Part shown: positions 51,755 to 64,000 of the stretch, in pieces
Position numbering within the stretch: the first letter of the stretch is position 1
How the letters are laid out: each line of letters starts with the position of its first letter
Assembly: GCF_006345805.1 (NCBI RefSeq)
Contig: NC_043003.1
Location: forward strand, 95,604,001 to 95,668,000
Direction of reading: 5' to 3'
Length of the DNA: 64,000 nt
Origin: Octopus sinensis
Taxonomy: Eukaryota
Position numbers and translations under genes: made by a program
Notes under the pieces: model-generated
Database searches by the model: none
Seen by the model: only the letters and a program-made list of their open reading frames with translations
Told to the model about the DNA's origin: nothing

Positions 51755-52973
51755 TGCACATTATTGTTACTGATCTACTGAAATACAAAAAATATTCTCT
51801 TAATAATATTTCCTGAAATTAGATTTGCACAACCTGTAACCTATGAAATTCTTCTGTTGCCACTCATGATGACTTTGAAGCCATGTGCTCATATGAACAT
51901 TTTCAAATAAGCCGTCAAAAGCAATAACAGAAATAGGGAAGGAACTATATGCATACAAATGCAGAATTAAAATTCAAAATTACAAAAAAAGAAAAAAATC
52001 CCTCGGCTTTTCTGAATTTAGAATGAAAATATATAGTAGATACTAGCATTCCATGGCATTGTTATCCTCACCATTTTAGTGTGTACTTTTCTTTTCTGCA
52101 TGGGCTAGACAAGAGTACACTAGAGAAGAATTTTCTACAGCCCTTCCTGACATTAATCCCTGCCTGTTTCTGAGTGAGATAATAATCTACTGGTCAAGTG
52201 AACAACAAACTGTCCGGACATGATGCTGTGGAGAAGCAGCCTAGAGATGCTTTCACAGTGGACTACAAGTAAACAGCACATTCAATACTGTCAGCAAAGC
52301 CTTTGCTTACAACCAGCAAACACACACAAGACCGAGGGAAAATACGAACTGATTCATATACACACACATACATGCATTACTTTATTCCATTTCTGTCTAC
52401 CAGACTCACTCACAAGGCTTTTATCAACCAGAGTCTATTGCAGAAAGCACTTGCCCAAGGTGCCATGCAGTGGGATTGAACCCAGAGCCACATTGTTGAT
52501 GTGAGAGCTTCTTAACCACATGACCATGCTTGTACCTATGACAATTTGATATTCAATGAAAGATAAAAATAGAAACTAAATTTCATAACTTATTGTTCTG
52601 AATTCTTTAAAAATATATAAATTTTCTCGCATCCTCTTAAAATACAACTGGCCAGCTTGGATTTGAATGAACTTCTAATATATACAAATTGCTGCATTAT
52701 TTACATGTTGTTAACTTACAACTTTCCTTTCAGGTGTTCTAAATGATAGATATTTAAACATCTGTTATTTATTTTCCCCATATGAGAGTTTTACTTCTAT
52801 GAGCAAAGAAAGCAACATATAAGATGAAGTACAGGTGCTGTCATACAATCACTAAGTTCACCAAGTACTTTTACATCTGACACATTTATTTTTCTTATAC
52901 TTTTCTCAATGACATCTGCCTTTCTCTTTGTTGCCTTTCCAAAACACCTTCTGTGTCCTATTCCTTTACATCC

Positions 52974-53027
<54 letters not shown>

Positions 53028-54256
53028 CATTTATTTCATCCTTCAATCAACAGGTTATAATAGGCAGACTACTACAATACAGAATCAGGTACAGATTTAC
53101 TTAGTATTTTTTTTCCTTCATTCTTGATTGGAAAACCCCCTGCATTAAACTCTCAGTTCTTTTAGATGAAACTCTATTCAAAATCAATCAATGAAGCCAG
53201 TTTCAGCTACAAGCAGGGTTTGTTTTGTTTTTATTCAAAAGTTCTTTTACCTTAAATACATTTCTACAATACATGCACTGTACTTATAACACTTTCAAAA
53301 CTCTGATATACACAAAGTGTATAGAATATGCGTTGCCATCTTCCATACAACACACAAGTTTTAAAAACTTACAAAATGATAAAGGAATATTAATGCATTA
53401 TTTATAATACTAGCATGGCTGTGTAGTTAAAAAGTTTGCCTCAAAATGAAGTTATTTGGATTTGACCTCTCAGCAGCAGCAAGAGCAAATGTCTTCTGAT
53501 GTAGCCTGCGATGGGCCAATGCCTTATAAATAGAATTTGTAGAGGGAAGCTGTGCAGAAACCTAGAACCGTATGTGTGTGTGGACGTGTGTATGTGCATG
53601 TATATGTGTGTGTACATGCACACACTTGTATGTGTTTGTCCATTTGTACATGTCTGTGTATATGTTTATATCAGTCTAAAACTCGGTGACCTGAATGCGT
53701 TTATGCTGTGTTCCTTTACATGTAACCAACAAAATATATTAAACAATAAAAACCATTATCAAAGGCACTGACATACACAATGTTGCCAAGAGAGGAGACA
53801 GAAAGACTGTGATATTCAAAAATCACAAAACACTTTTGGAGAAAGAAAAGCACTAGAATCCAAGTAAATTTCTATATTTATCAGGAGGAGGGACTAACCT
53901 GAAACAGAATCCTCTTCTTTTCAAAAGTCACAAAGATCTATTTTTCTAGTGATTAAATAATAGTTGTAAAGTGCAACTTCTTTGATACATGAGTTACAGA
54001 TGTTCTAGTCAATCCACAAGATACTGCTAATATATAAGTTAAATATATAGGTTATCATGTTATTTCTGTATTTAGCTGAGTTGATATTATTTAGAGAAGT
54101 TTTTCATCTACAGATATTCATGGGACAGCTGATGATGGAGGAATGTTGGATTGTTGGTATGGCTGTGGAATAGTATTATAACACATCCTTTTGATATATA
54201 CATATATATACATACACACTCAGTTGTCAATTGTGGAACACGACTGTCACTACATA

Positions 54257-54970
54257 CCGTAAAAACCCGTGTATTTTGCACACCTGTGTAAATTACACAG
54301 GTGATTTTGAGGATAAAATTTGTTAAAAAACACTTCTACTCATGAAAATTCGCACCCAAAAGTTTTCAGAATTATCAATATGGCCAGGGGAAAAAGTTTT
54401 CAATTTAGTTGTATTTAGCATAATTTCACTTACTTATGATTAGATTTTATTAAATTTTCATTAAATAAAAATAATTTCTGTTTAACAGGTATCACATTAA
54501 AAGCTATTAAATTACGAAGTGTTTGTTCTATTTATAATAAACTTTATTTTACATTTCTTGCCCACAAGATTATATCCAATCTTTAGCATACTGCTGTATG
54601 TCTTCTCCAATCATGATCACAGGAAAAGTTGATAAGAATTATCAACAAAAACAACGCATAGGTGTTGCAAATTAATTTTGATTACCAATAAACATTAATG
54701 ATTTTAGTAAATTTATATAGGAAGAGTAAGCATTATACCATCCAGTATAAATAATGGTCAACTTCATTATAATTAAGCCATTATTTTTTCTGCAAAAACC
54801 TATTCTGGCATTAAATGAGTCAACTTCCAGTTCGAATGTTTAAGTTTTGTATGTCTTTTTTCAACAAAAAAATTTCAAAAAAAATTCTGGAAACAATCTA
54901 CTCATGTAGATTTATGCACCCCTAAAGTTTATTTTAATTTTAGTGAAAAAAATTACATGGGTTTTTATGG
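54257..54970. mobile_element. non-autonomous Tc2/pogo-like DNA transposon
   Basis: TA-CCGTAAAAACCCGTGTATTT ... AAATTACATGGGTTTTTATGG-TA; subterminal repeat TCTACTCATG....TT..GCACCC near both ends. Confidence 0.75.
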
Positions 54971-55020
54971 TAAACCTGATGATTGTGTAAACCCGATTGA
55001 TGCATGAAAGTACTAATTTA
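54971..55020 (+). ncRNA. minimal type I hammerhead motif with intact core boxes
   Basis: TAAAC CTGATGA T TGTGT aaacccgattg ATGCA T GAAA GTAC TA ATTTA; palindromic stem III AGTACT; AATAAA about 25 nt downstream. Confidence 0.6.
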
Positions 55021-55149
55021 TTTCAACATTGTAAAATTGCAAAAAATAAAACATGAAAATCAGATTTAGTTGGAATTTCATTGATTAATATATTCTTCTA
55101 TACACAATCATACAAACTTCAATATATATATATATTCATTAACAACAAA

Positions 55150-55745
55150 AGCAGTATTAATATTTATCCTCAATTAAATGTGGATGTTCTGTTAGAACAA
55201 ACTATACTGCTGTAGCTACCATGAGAGAAATTCTCATATAGGCTTTTGGAGCAAAATGCATTTTTGTTTATATTATTAAAGGGGAAATAAATCCCTGCCA
55301 CCTCCAGTGCTGAGACCACCAGAACACATGATTTTGGCCTTCTTTGGTCTTGTCAATGATGGATGCTCAACCACTAGAGATAGCAGAGATTCATCTACCT
55401 GCCAGCAGTATATAGAATAACAGTGCCAGAATGGGCACTGGTGCCACAATTAGCCAGTGAGCTTGTTAAAAAATATTCATTAGTGACAGAGGCAGTATTA
55501 ATAATGAGAGGTAATATTTATCCCCAGTTAAATATGGATGTTCAATTAGAACAAACTATACTGCATTAGTTGCCACGAGAGAAACTCTAACATGGGATTT
55601 TGATGCAAAATGCACTCGTTTATATCGCTTGTGGGGAAATAAATCCTTGCTACCCCCAGTGCCAAGACCACAAGATCATGTGATTTCTATCTTCCTTGGT
55701 CTTGTCAATGATAGATGCTTGACCACTAGAGACAGCATCAATTCA
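55150..55745. repeat. diverged direct duplication (~250-bp homologous blocks, period ~355)
   Basis: 55150-55395 aligns with 55490-55745 with many substitutions. Confidence 0.8.
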
Positions 55746-55996
55746 TATATACATATGCATAATAGGTATCTAGTGCTATGTATGAAACTTGTGACCACAA
55801 ATGCATCCCATAAAATGTCTTAAATGTCGACTTTGTTTAAAATATCTGAGATTTTTCATTCCCTTTCTTTTGCATCGACTTTTTGAACTTCAAATAAGAT
55901 ATTGCCAAGTGAAATAATTGATACATTTCTTAAACTCACAAAATATATGCTATGAGTGATAGAATGTACAAGGATGTATTTTTTATCTTTTGACGA

Positions 55997-56375
55997 CTTT
56001 TACTTGTTTCAGTCATTAGACTGCAACCATGGTAGAGCACTGCCTTGAAGACTTTTTAGTCGAATAAATCCTCCCCAGCACTCATTTATTTTCGATTTTT
56101 AAGCCTGATATTTATTCGATCAGTCTCTTTTGCCAAACTGCTAAGTTACAGGGACATAAACACACCAACACCGATTGTTGAGAGGCAAACACACAAACAT
56201 ATATATATATATTTATATGGCGAGCTTCTTTCAGTTTCCCTCTACCAAATCCATTCACAAGGCTTTGGTCAGCCTGAGGCTATAGTAGAAAACACTTGGC
56301 CAAGGTGCTACACAGTGGGACTGAACCTGGAACCATGTGGTTGGGAAGGAAGCTTCTTACCACAAAGCCATGCCT
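55997..56375 (-). mobile_element. dominant SINE
   Basis: Reverse-complement consensus. Confidence 0.75.
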
Positions 56376-57719
56376 CCATCTGGTATGTACACTTCAAATT
56401 AACATCGATCAGTACAATATATTTTGGTCTAAAAATGTAAGGAAAGAAGAAAAATTGAGGCAAAACAGTAAAAAAATAAATCAGTTTGAGAAAAAAAAAT
56501 AAAACAGTAATACTGTAAAACTGATTTATCAATAAACTACTAATTATTTAGGACATTCAACTGTGATACTGAAATAACTTTTAGTTGTAAAAAAATTTCT
56601 TCAGGAAGAAAGATCATGCGGTGAGATTCATGTATCTATAATTTACAACAAAACCTAATGATATTCCAAAATGTAGTTGGTGATTATATAACTCACATCA
56701 TGATAAACATAATGATGAAATGATCATGTGCTACTCATTTGTTATTTGATGTGAATCTCAAACAGATCAAAGACAAGTGGGGGGAAAAAATTCTGTAAAT
56801 ATTCAGAAGAGTTGCTTAATACTTAAAAGTTTTGAAAAATTTATCAGAAGAAATATTTGAATAAATGTAGATTTTGTTTTAAAATAAATAAAAAAAAAAA
56901 CTTGTGCAAAATTTATAAACTACATATTTGTGTATAATTTAATGTTCATATAAATCAACCATTTTAAAGTTCAAAGAAATATTCTTTAAAAAATTTTTTT
57001 TAAATGGTTGATAATAGCAAATGTATTCAGTGTTCTTTACAAGCATTTCCACTGTATAAATCTAAATTTTGTTAAATTAAAAATACAATACCCATAAGTG
57101 TCAGGTACCTTTTTTACAGACAAACTGCTAAAAATGGCATCTGTACATTACATCCAAAATAAACCAGTCCCATCAGAGAGGGTATAAACTCTTAAGCAAA
57201 AAACAATTTTTTTTTTTAATTTTAAATTTGAAGATAACAGTGCAAGTGTTCAGGAAATATGTCACTGAGAACTTTTACAGGCTGCTGACCTGGTTTTCAT
57301 ATGAGAAACTGCTAAAGGAGCTGCAGAAAATTTTACAAACTAGTCATATCTAGTCCAAATATTCTGATTGTCTTATGATGAAACTCTCCAGCTCTGGCCC
57401 CCTCATACCTATCCTACAACATCACTCTTGAAGCTATGAGATAACAGATGATTAATTTAAAACAATGTGAATAAATGAGCATTACATTTGACAGAGTAAG
57501 GGGTTAGATATCAATATGGTAAAGCCCAACATGAAAGCCAATAATAGAGGGTATACTACCTTCAGAGAAAGTGGCCTTATTATGTTGGAAAAAAGTGAAT
57601 GCAAACTCAAACTGTATAGCTGGTGCAAACAATGGATACAGCAAAATTATAGTGGAATGTATATAAGACTGAAGTGAAACCTGAATTACACAATATGTGC
57701 AAAAATAATTAGTAAGAAA

Positions 57720-58400
57720 GACAACTATGGAATGAAGCCTTTTTCAGTGTTCAGCCAAATGAGAGATGCAGAAGATAGTTTTTGTGTGGGGAAAGCTGAG
57801 TAGCTTACATAAGAAAAGAACAGAAGCTATAGTAGCTGCTACTTATGGTGGTAGGAAAGTGTTTCTCTTTGCAAAAAGCAAACTGTATGAAGTATATAAA
57901 GAAGTATAATACTATATGGTAGGACATGGACACAGCATTAATCTATAGAGGATACAGAAGAACACATTGGATGCATAACATTAACTCTTTGCCAGTCCTG
58001 TGTCTCAAATGAAATACAATGGATATATTTCCCTGATGTCTATGCATCATATATGGTACACATTCTCATTATTTCAACCATCAGATTAACTTAGGAATAA
58101 TGAAAGGAAATATTTACGTTACTCAGAGCATATGAAACAAGGGTTAACTAAAGGTCTGAAAATATGTACAGCAGTTTAAGACAAACTCATGAAAATACTT
58201 TGAACAGGTAAATGGTTAATGTGCAAAATAAGCAATGTAGAGTGAGATGGGAGAGCAGCAGGACATTGCAAGTATCAGTCAATGTTTGTGGGAGAAATAA
58301 CAGTATGATAGTAATGTAAATGGACACTGAATGTGGAGCGACAAGTGCTATAAACCAACACTGGAAGTTACTTGTTCCTGATGGAAACATGAGAAGTGGT
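57720..58400 (+). mobile_element. very old RTE ORF remnant interrupted by a TTAA MITE (~57982-58148)
   Basis: Traces of SL..K.KLY.......LYG..TW; TTAACTCTTTG...CAAGGGTTAA insert. Confidence 0.35.
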
Positions 58401-60411
58401 AGCCAGATAGTATAAACCTGGTCTTACAAACAAAGACAATAAAGGATTGAGACAAGTAACAAGACACTGTACATCAGATTCATCTCACAAAAGCCATAAT
58501 GAAAAATGTTTTTTAAAAACTGTCATTAAAAGATTGATGACAATGATAATGATGTTTGTTTTTGTTGTTGTTTGGTCAACTAACTGACCGAACAAAGAAT
58601 ACAACCAGCACTTCATTATTCATCCCATTATTCTATTCTAACATATAGATGGTCTTTAATTTACAAGTCACTACAGAAGTGGTTTATGGAAATTTCAAGC
58701 AACTTTTAAGAAGGTCCTTTATTACCCTATACATTCATTATTATGATTAGATTTAAAAGAACAATATTTTATAAATACAAATCAGTGAACAGATCCTTTT
58801 CATAGTAAACAGGACCCTAAAATGATTCAAATATATTTTGTAGACAACTTCACTTTGGAAATAGATATTTTTCTGCTACAATAGCAATGGGTGTCATTCA
58901 ATAGAATGCAGCATAACAATGTTGCAAAATTAACCAGCAGGTGTTTAAATTGGACATCAGCCACATCAATCTCACCAGGCTGGAGGATGGATTACAAAGG
59001 TCATAGGCCCTCCTTCTTTAACTTAGATATATATTTATAACTTTGTTCAGTGTTTTATAGTTTGCACATGAACCAATTTGTTCACTAATCAACTTCAGTT
59101 TTCTATTCCTCATTTTGTTTTCTCAATTTAATCAGCATCCTTAGGGGTAGTGAACACCAACAAATAAGCATTTAATGAAGACGCCATAAGAATTTAGAAA
59201 CTTCAAGAGAAAACATGAATTAATTCCTTTTTGGAACGATTAAACTTGAGCAAATAAAACTGAGTAATAGTATCTTTTTTTATCCAAAGGGATTTTAACC
59301 CAATATTTACATGCAAACTCATGAAAGAGGGGAACCTAGGAAGACATGGGACAAAATACTGAAGGACAAGGAGAGGACAAAGGATCAAGATATCTGATGC
59401 ATTGCTGTACTCAATAAGACCCCCATCCTCTACAGCAGAAGTGTTAATGCCACTTCACCTAATAAAGAGGATTGGCCTGCAAGAACCCTGTGCTGGTGTC
59501 ATGTGAAAAGCACTTATGCCCGCACCACGTAAGAGCACTCAAGCTAGTGCCATGTTAAAAGCACCCAGCATACACTGTAAAGTGGTTGGCATTAGGAAGG
59601 GCATTCAGCTGTAGAAACCAAGCCAAACCAAATTTGAACCTGATGCAGCTCTCCTGCTTGCCAGAGCTGGTCAATGTACCCAACCCATGCCAACATGGAA
59701 AACAGATGTTAAAGGATGATGATGATGATGATATCTTTAGCATTATTTGCTGTGAGATTCTCCATTCCTAAAAGGAATTATTTCACATTCAACAAAGAAT
59801 CATTATTTTATTATTTTTTTTTTTATCTGAAGTGTGTATGATACTATAAGAGCCTAAAAGAGCTCAAGCTTCTATTTACAACATATAGGACCAAAAAGTA
59901 AAGGGTATTATCCAAAAGAAACATACACTGCTGACCATCCTGATTACTAAAGTTTAAATAACAGGTGACATGGTACTAATCCCAAAACCTGTCGAAAGAT
60001 CAACATACAGATTAAGTTTAAAATCTGAACAAAGTTTTAAATCAAAGGAAGAATTAGCAAGAAATTTTGACTGAAATTAAACTGTTGATCGTTAAAAATC
60101 TCAAAATCTTCTCAACAGCAATGGGTGAGTGGGCTTCTTTGATGTAAAAGAAAAGTAAGAACATATTGGTATGTAAAGAATGTCACTAATAAATACATTT
60201 TGGTTGTTAAAGAATTTCCAAATAAACTGACGGTGAACAAACAGATGATGTACAACATTCCTAAAACTGAAGTTGACTCAAGTTATAAAAATTGTTATTT
60301 TAGTGAATTACATTTTCTTTTCTTTTTTTCGTTTTTTGGGTTTTTTTTTTTTACATTTGTGGCAAAAATATAAGTAGCGAAATATCTAGATTATAATGCA
60401 ATGAACAAATA

Positions 60412-60660
60412 TCATCATCATCATCATCGTTTAACGTCTGTTTTCTGCGCTAGCACGGGTTGGACGGTTCGACCGGGGTCTGGGAAGCCAGGAGGCTGCA
60501 CCAGGCTCCAGTCTGATCTGGCAGTGTTTCTACAGCTGGATGCCCTTCCTAACGCCAACCACTCCGTGAGTGTAGTGGGTGCTTTTTACGTGCCACCGGC
60601 ACAGGTGCCAGGGGAGTCTGGCAGCAGCCACGATCGGTTGGTGCTTTTAACGTGCCACGT
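60412..60660 (-). mobile_element. RTE-type 3' end, young
   Basis: Near reverse complement of 41975-42195. Confidence 0.82.
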
Positions 60661-61164
60661 CAAGCAATAATCTAAATCATTTTAGTGTAAATGGTCTTTT
60701 CCTTCTTTCCCCTCTCTTTCTCTCACTTCCATCTCATCCCCGAGAATTGTACATTAATTGATTAACAATGAAAATATATACATCATTATTCATTGATAAA
60801 ATTGTAAAATCTTGTTATTTTATATTTCACCATTTAGAATAACATGAGAGAAAAGGAGGGTGAGGAGGTGGGAAAATTAAAAATTAATAACATCATTGAA
60901 AGATGTATAGAAGAAAACTTCAAGGTTGGAGTTTACACAAAACTCAATCACACCAAATATTATACAAGAGTTTTGGAAACATCAAGCTAATGACACCTAC
61001 AGTGTAAATTGTTTTATCAACAACAGTTCACCATCAGATAGTCACTGACATTACACATGCCCACCACAGCCTATCAAATATTTTCTAATATTAAATCATA
61101 CTTATGTGGAGGGCATCTCCAAATAATTAGTAATTCTAAATGTTTTGCTGTTATCTTTTATTTT

Positions 61165-61571
61165 TGGTTTCAGTCATTTGACTGTGGCCATGCTGGGGCA
61201 CCACCTTGAAGGATTTTTAGTCGAATGAATCAACCCTGTTACTTATTTATTTCAAGCCTGGTACTTTTTCCAAACTGCTAAGTTAAAGGGATATAAACAC
61301 ACCAACACTGGTTGTCAAGCAGCATTGAAGCACAAACACAGACACAAAGATACACACACACACACATATATGTACATATATGTGTGTGTGTATGAAAGCA
61401 CATGACTTAGTGATTAAGGTGCATAACACCTTGGGCAACTACTAAATATGGTCTTCTACTATAGTCTCAGGCCAACCAAAGCCTTGTGAGTGGATTTGGT
61501 AGATAGAAACTGAAAGAAGTACATTGTGTGCGTGGTGTGTGTATGTGTGTGTGTGCGCATGCGCATGTGCA

Positions 61572-61600
<29 letters not shown>
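61165..61600. mobile_element. two SINE halves in opposite orientation
   Basis: Minus-strand 3' part at 61165-61370 and plus-strand 5' part at ~61395-61600. Confidence 0.6.
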
Positions 61601-61606
<6 letters not shown>

Positions 61607-62257
61607 TTCTCAAGTGTTTCAGTAATCCCAAAAAGTATGCCTAAATTCTTAAAACCTTTCATGATTTGAATGCCTTTAACCAAAGATCTGTTTATTCAAA
61701 CAGGATCAATTACGGAGAGTCGAGTTAAACAACAATGGATCATATTTAATGATCACAAATTACTATTCTAATCACAAGGTCCTCCCCCTCCATTTCAGAC
61801 AAATGATACATAAAGACACAATGTGGTATGTTACTTAGAGTATTAACAACCAAATATAGATATTTAAATGCACACCCCCAGCAAATGTGGTCAGCAGAAG
61901 AATATCTATCATTCTGAGCCTACTTCACATTCTCTTGTGACAGGTGAAGTAGCCAGTTAGAACATTCATGAAGTAAGTCATGTTTCTGTTAGCTGTTTTA
62001 AACCTTTCCTCCAACCCTACTATCAACTGACCTAGATTGACTCAAGAAATGTCCTACACTCAAGAAGTTAGCTTCATATAAAGTAAGTCAACAAATGCAC
62101 AAGCTAAGAATACAGGCATACGAAGTAATATAACAATGTTTTTAGGAATAACAAAGAACTGATCGATGTTAAACACCTAACCTGCTTGTTCATTGAATAA
62201 TGGACAAAACCCTAACTAAAAAATACATAACACACACACACACACACACACACATAA

Positions 62258-62690
62258 GCACGCCTGTATGGCTGCGTGGTTTAGAATCTCACCTTACAAC
62301 CACATGGCTTCAGGTTCAATTCCATTGCACAGCATCTTGGGCAAGTGTTTTCTACTATAGCTTTGGGGCCAACCAATGTCTTGTAAGTGAATCTGACAAA
62401 CAGAAACTGTGTGAAAGCCTGCCATAAGTGTGTGTGGTGTGTGTGTGTGTGTGCATGCGTGCGTGCGTGCGTGCGTGCGTGCGTGTGTGTGTGTGCGTTG
62501 TGTTGTTTGTCTCTTGCCACTGCCTGACAACTGGTGTTGGTTTATGTCCACATAACTTAGCAGCTCAGCAAAAGAAGCTGATAAAAAAGTGCCAGACAGA
62601 AAATATGTATTGGGGCCAGTTTGGTCAACTAAATCCTTCAAGGCAGAGCCCCAGAATGGCAGCCCGTCAATGACAGGAACAAGCAAAATA
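62258..62690 (+). mobile_element. dominant SINE, older copy
   Basis: Diverged consensus with an internal (GCGT)n tract. Confidence 0.7.
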
Positions 62691-62819
62691 TAAATGAAGA
62701 AAAAAATGCATTATACATATGCACGTGGGTGTGAATACAGATGATAAGCCTATCTCTAGCTATTGCTATTTAGCAAACAAAATGCATATACGCATGTGCA
62801 TGTTGTTTGAGTACAAATT

Positions 62820-62850
<31 letters not shown>

Positions 62851-62853
<3 letters not shown>

Positions 62854-63189
62854 GGCGCATGGCTCAGTGGTTAGAGTGTCGAACTTACAATCGTGAGGTT
62901 GTGAGCTCAAATCCCGGACTGGGCTGCGTGTTGTGTTCTTGAGCAAGACACTTTATTTCACGTTGCTCCAGTTCACTCAGCTGTAGAAATGAGTTGCGAC
63001 GTCACAGGTGCCAAACTGTATCAGCCCCTTTGCCTTTCCCTTGGATAACACTGGTGGCGTGAAGAGGGGAGGCCGGTATGCATGGGCGACTGCTGGTCTT
63101 CCATAAACAACCTTGCCCGGACTTGTGCCTGGGAGGGTAACTTTCTAGGTGCAATCCCATGGTCAATGTCGTGATCAAAGGGGGTCTCA
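62851..63189 (+). mobile_element. tRNA-derived CORE-SINE (third family)
   Basis: A box TGGCTCAGTGG; B-box-like GAGCTCAAATCC; CORE GTGTTGTGTTCTTGAGCAAGACACTT...CACTCAGCTGT; inserted in (TA)n. Confidence 0.8.
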
Positions 63190-64000
63190 GATATATATAT
63201 ATATATCACTCAGTTGTACATATACACATTCTGTTCTGTTTTGTGATTTACAATATTTTTCCTTTGCTTATTTCCACACAGACATAAATAGTAGAGTGGT
63301 GGAAATCTGTTGAGCCAATTTATACCTGTCTCGCTGTATGCAAATATAGCATAATTATTCTAAATATAATAGACAGATACATACACACACACAAAGAAAG
63401 AGGGTGAGAAAAAGGCAAATCAAATTCATAGAAAAATAGAGCAATAAATTTATTTCTTGTTTCTTGTTTAACCATTCTTGGGTAATATCACAAGTATGTT
63501 TCATTAATACCTGGAAAACAGGTTATCAAACATTGTATGATTTATTTTCCATAGCTGTCTGATATTAAATTCTATTACCAGTGACCACATACACTAAAGA
63601 AACAGGCTTTAGAAAGCCTTGCTTCTAATTCTTTCTACTACTAAAGAACATTCTGCCTGAGTTAATTTTTTTTAATTCATGACATCTGAAAATGAAAAGC
63701 TAAAGCAGTCAAGCAGAAAACAAAGTTGTTGAGTCTAACCAATTACATTATTCAATGACAGACTCCACAGTTCACAAAATCTGCGATCATTTACAGAGCA
63801 GACTAGATGATGGCCTCTGATGCTTTGATTTGACTAAGATACAATGTGTCTGAATTAGAAAAAGAATAGTATCACAAATGAGTTCTGATAAATTTTTTCC
63901 CAGAACATTTCTTTATTAGTAAAGATTCCTTGCTACAGCTGATGTCAACTTTCAGTGACAACAAATACAAATATCTGGAACTGATCTGATAAGCTGCTGT

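Overview
AT-rich, repeat-dense eukaryotic DNA. The SINE/RTE/microsatellite landscape looks like a coleoid cephalopod, probably Octopus (inference). The only host gene I can support is the 5' end of a FAM135-family gene on the minus strand. It has four coding exons (38406-38482, 24676-24755, 20699-20838, 1862-1932; 77/80/140/71 nt), all with GT-AG boundaries and matching phases. They splice to [122 protein letters not shown]..., and the gene continues left of the window. The rest is intronic or upstream: more than 25 tRNA-derived SINE copies, RTE and CR1-group LINE remnants, mariner/Tc1/Tc2/hAT/Chapaev/piggyBac/Helitron elements and microsatellites. Nearly all listed six-frame ORFs are repeat artefacts. 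The most unusual signal is a set of unrelated, Penelope-type minimal hammerhead ribozyme motifs (CUGANGA...GAAA-palindrome-UH), often within long inverted repeats. One ~620-bp palindrome carries a hammerhead with an ~77-nt stem II region on each arm. Also notable are a PHD-finger remnant inside an RTE reverse transcriptase and variable-copy structured tandem arrays in RTE 3' ends. All calls were made by eye; no searches or folding were run, and repeat boundaries are approximate.
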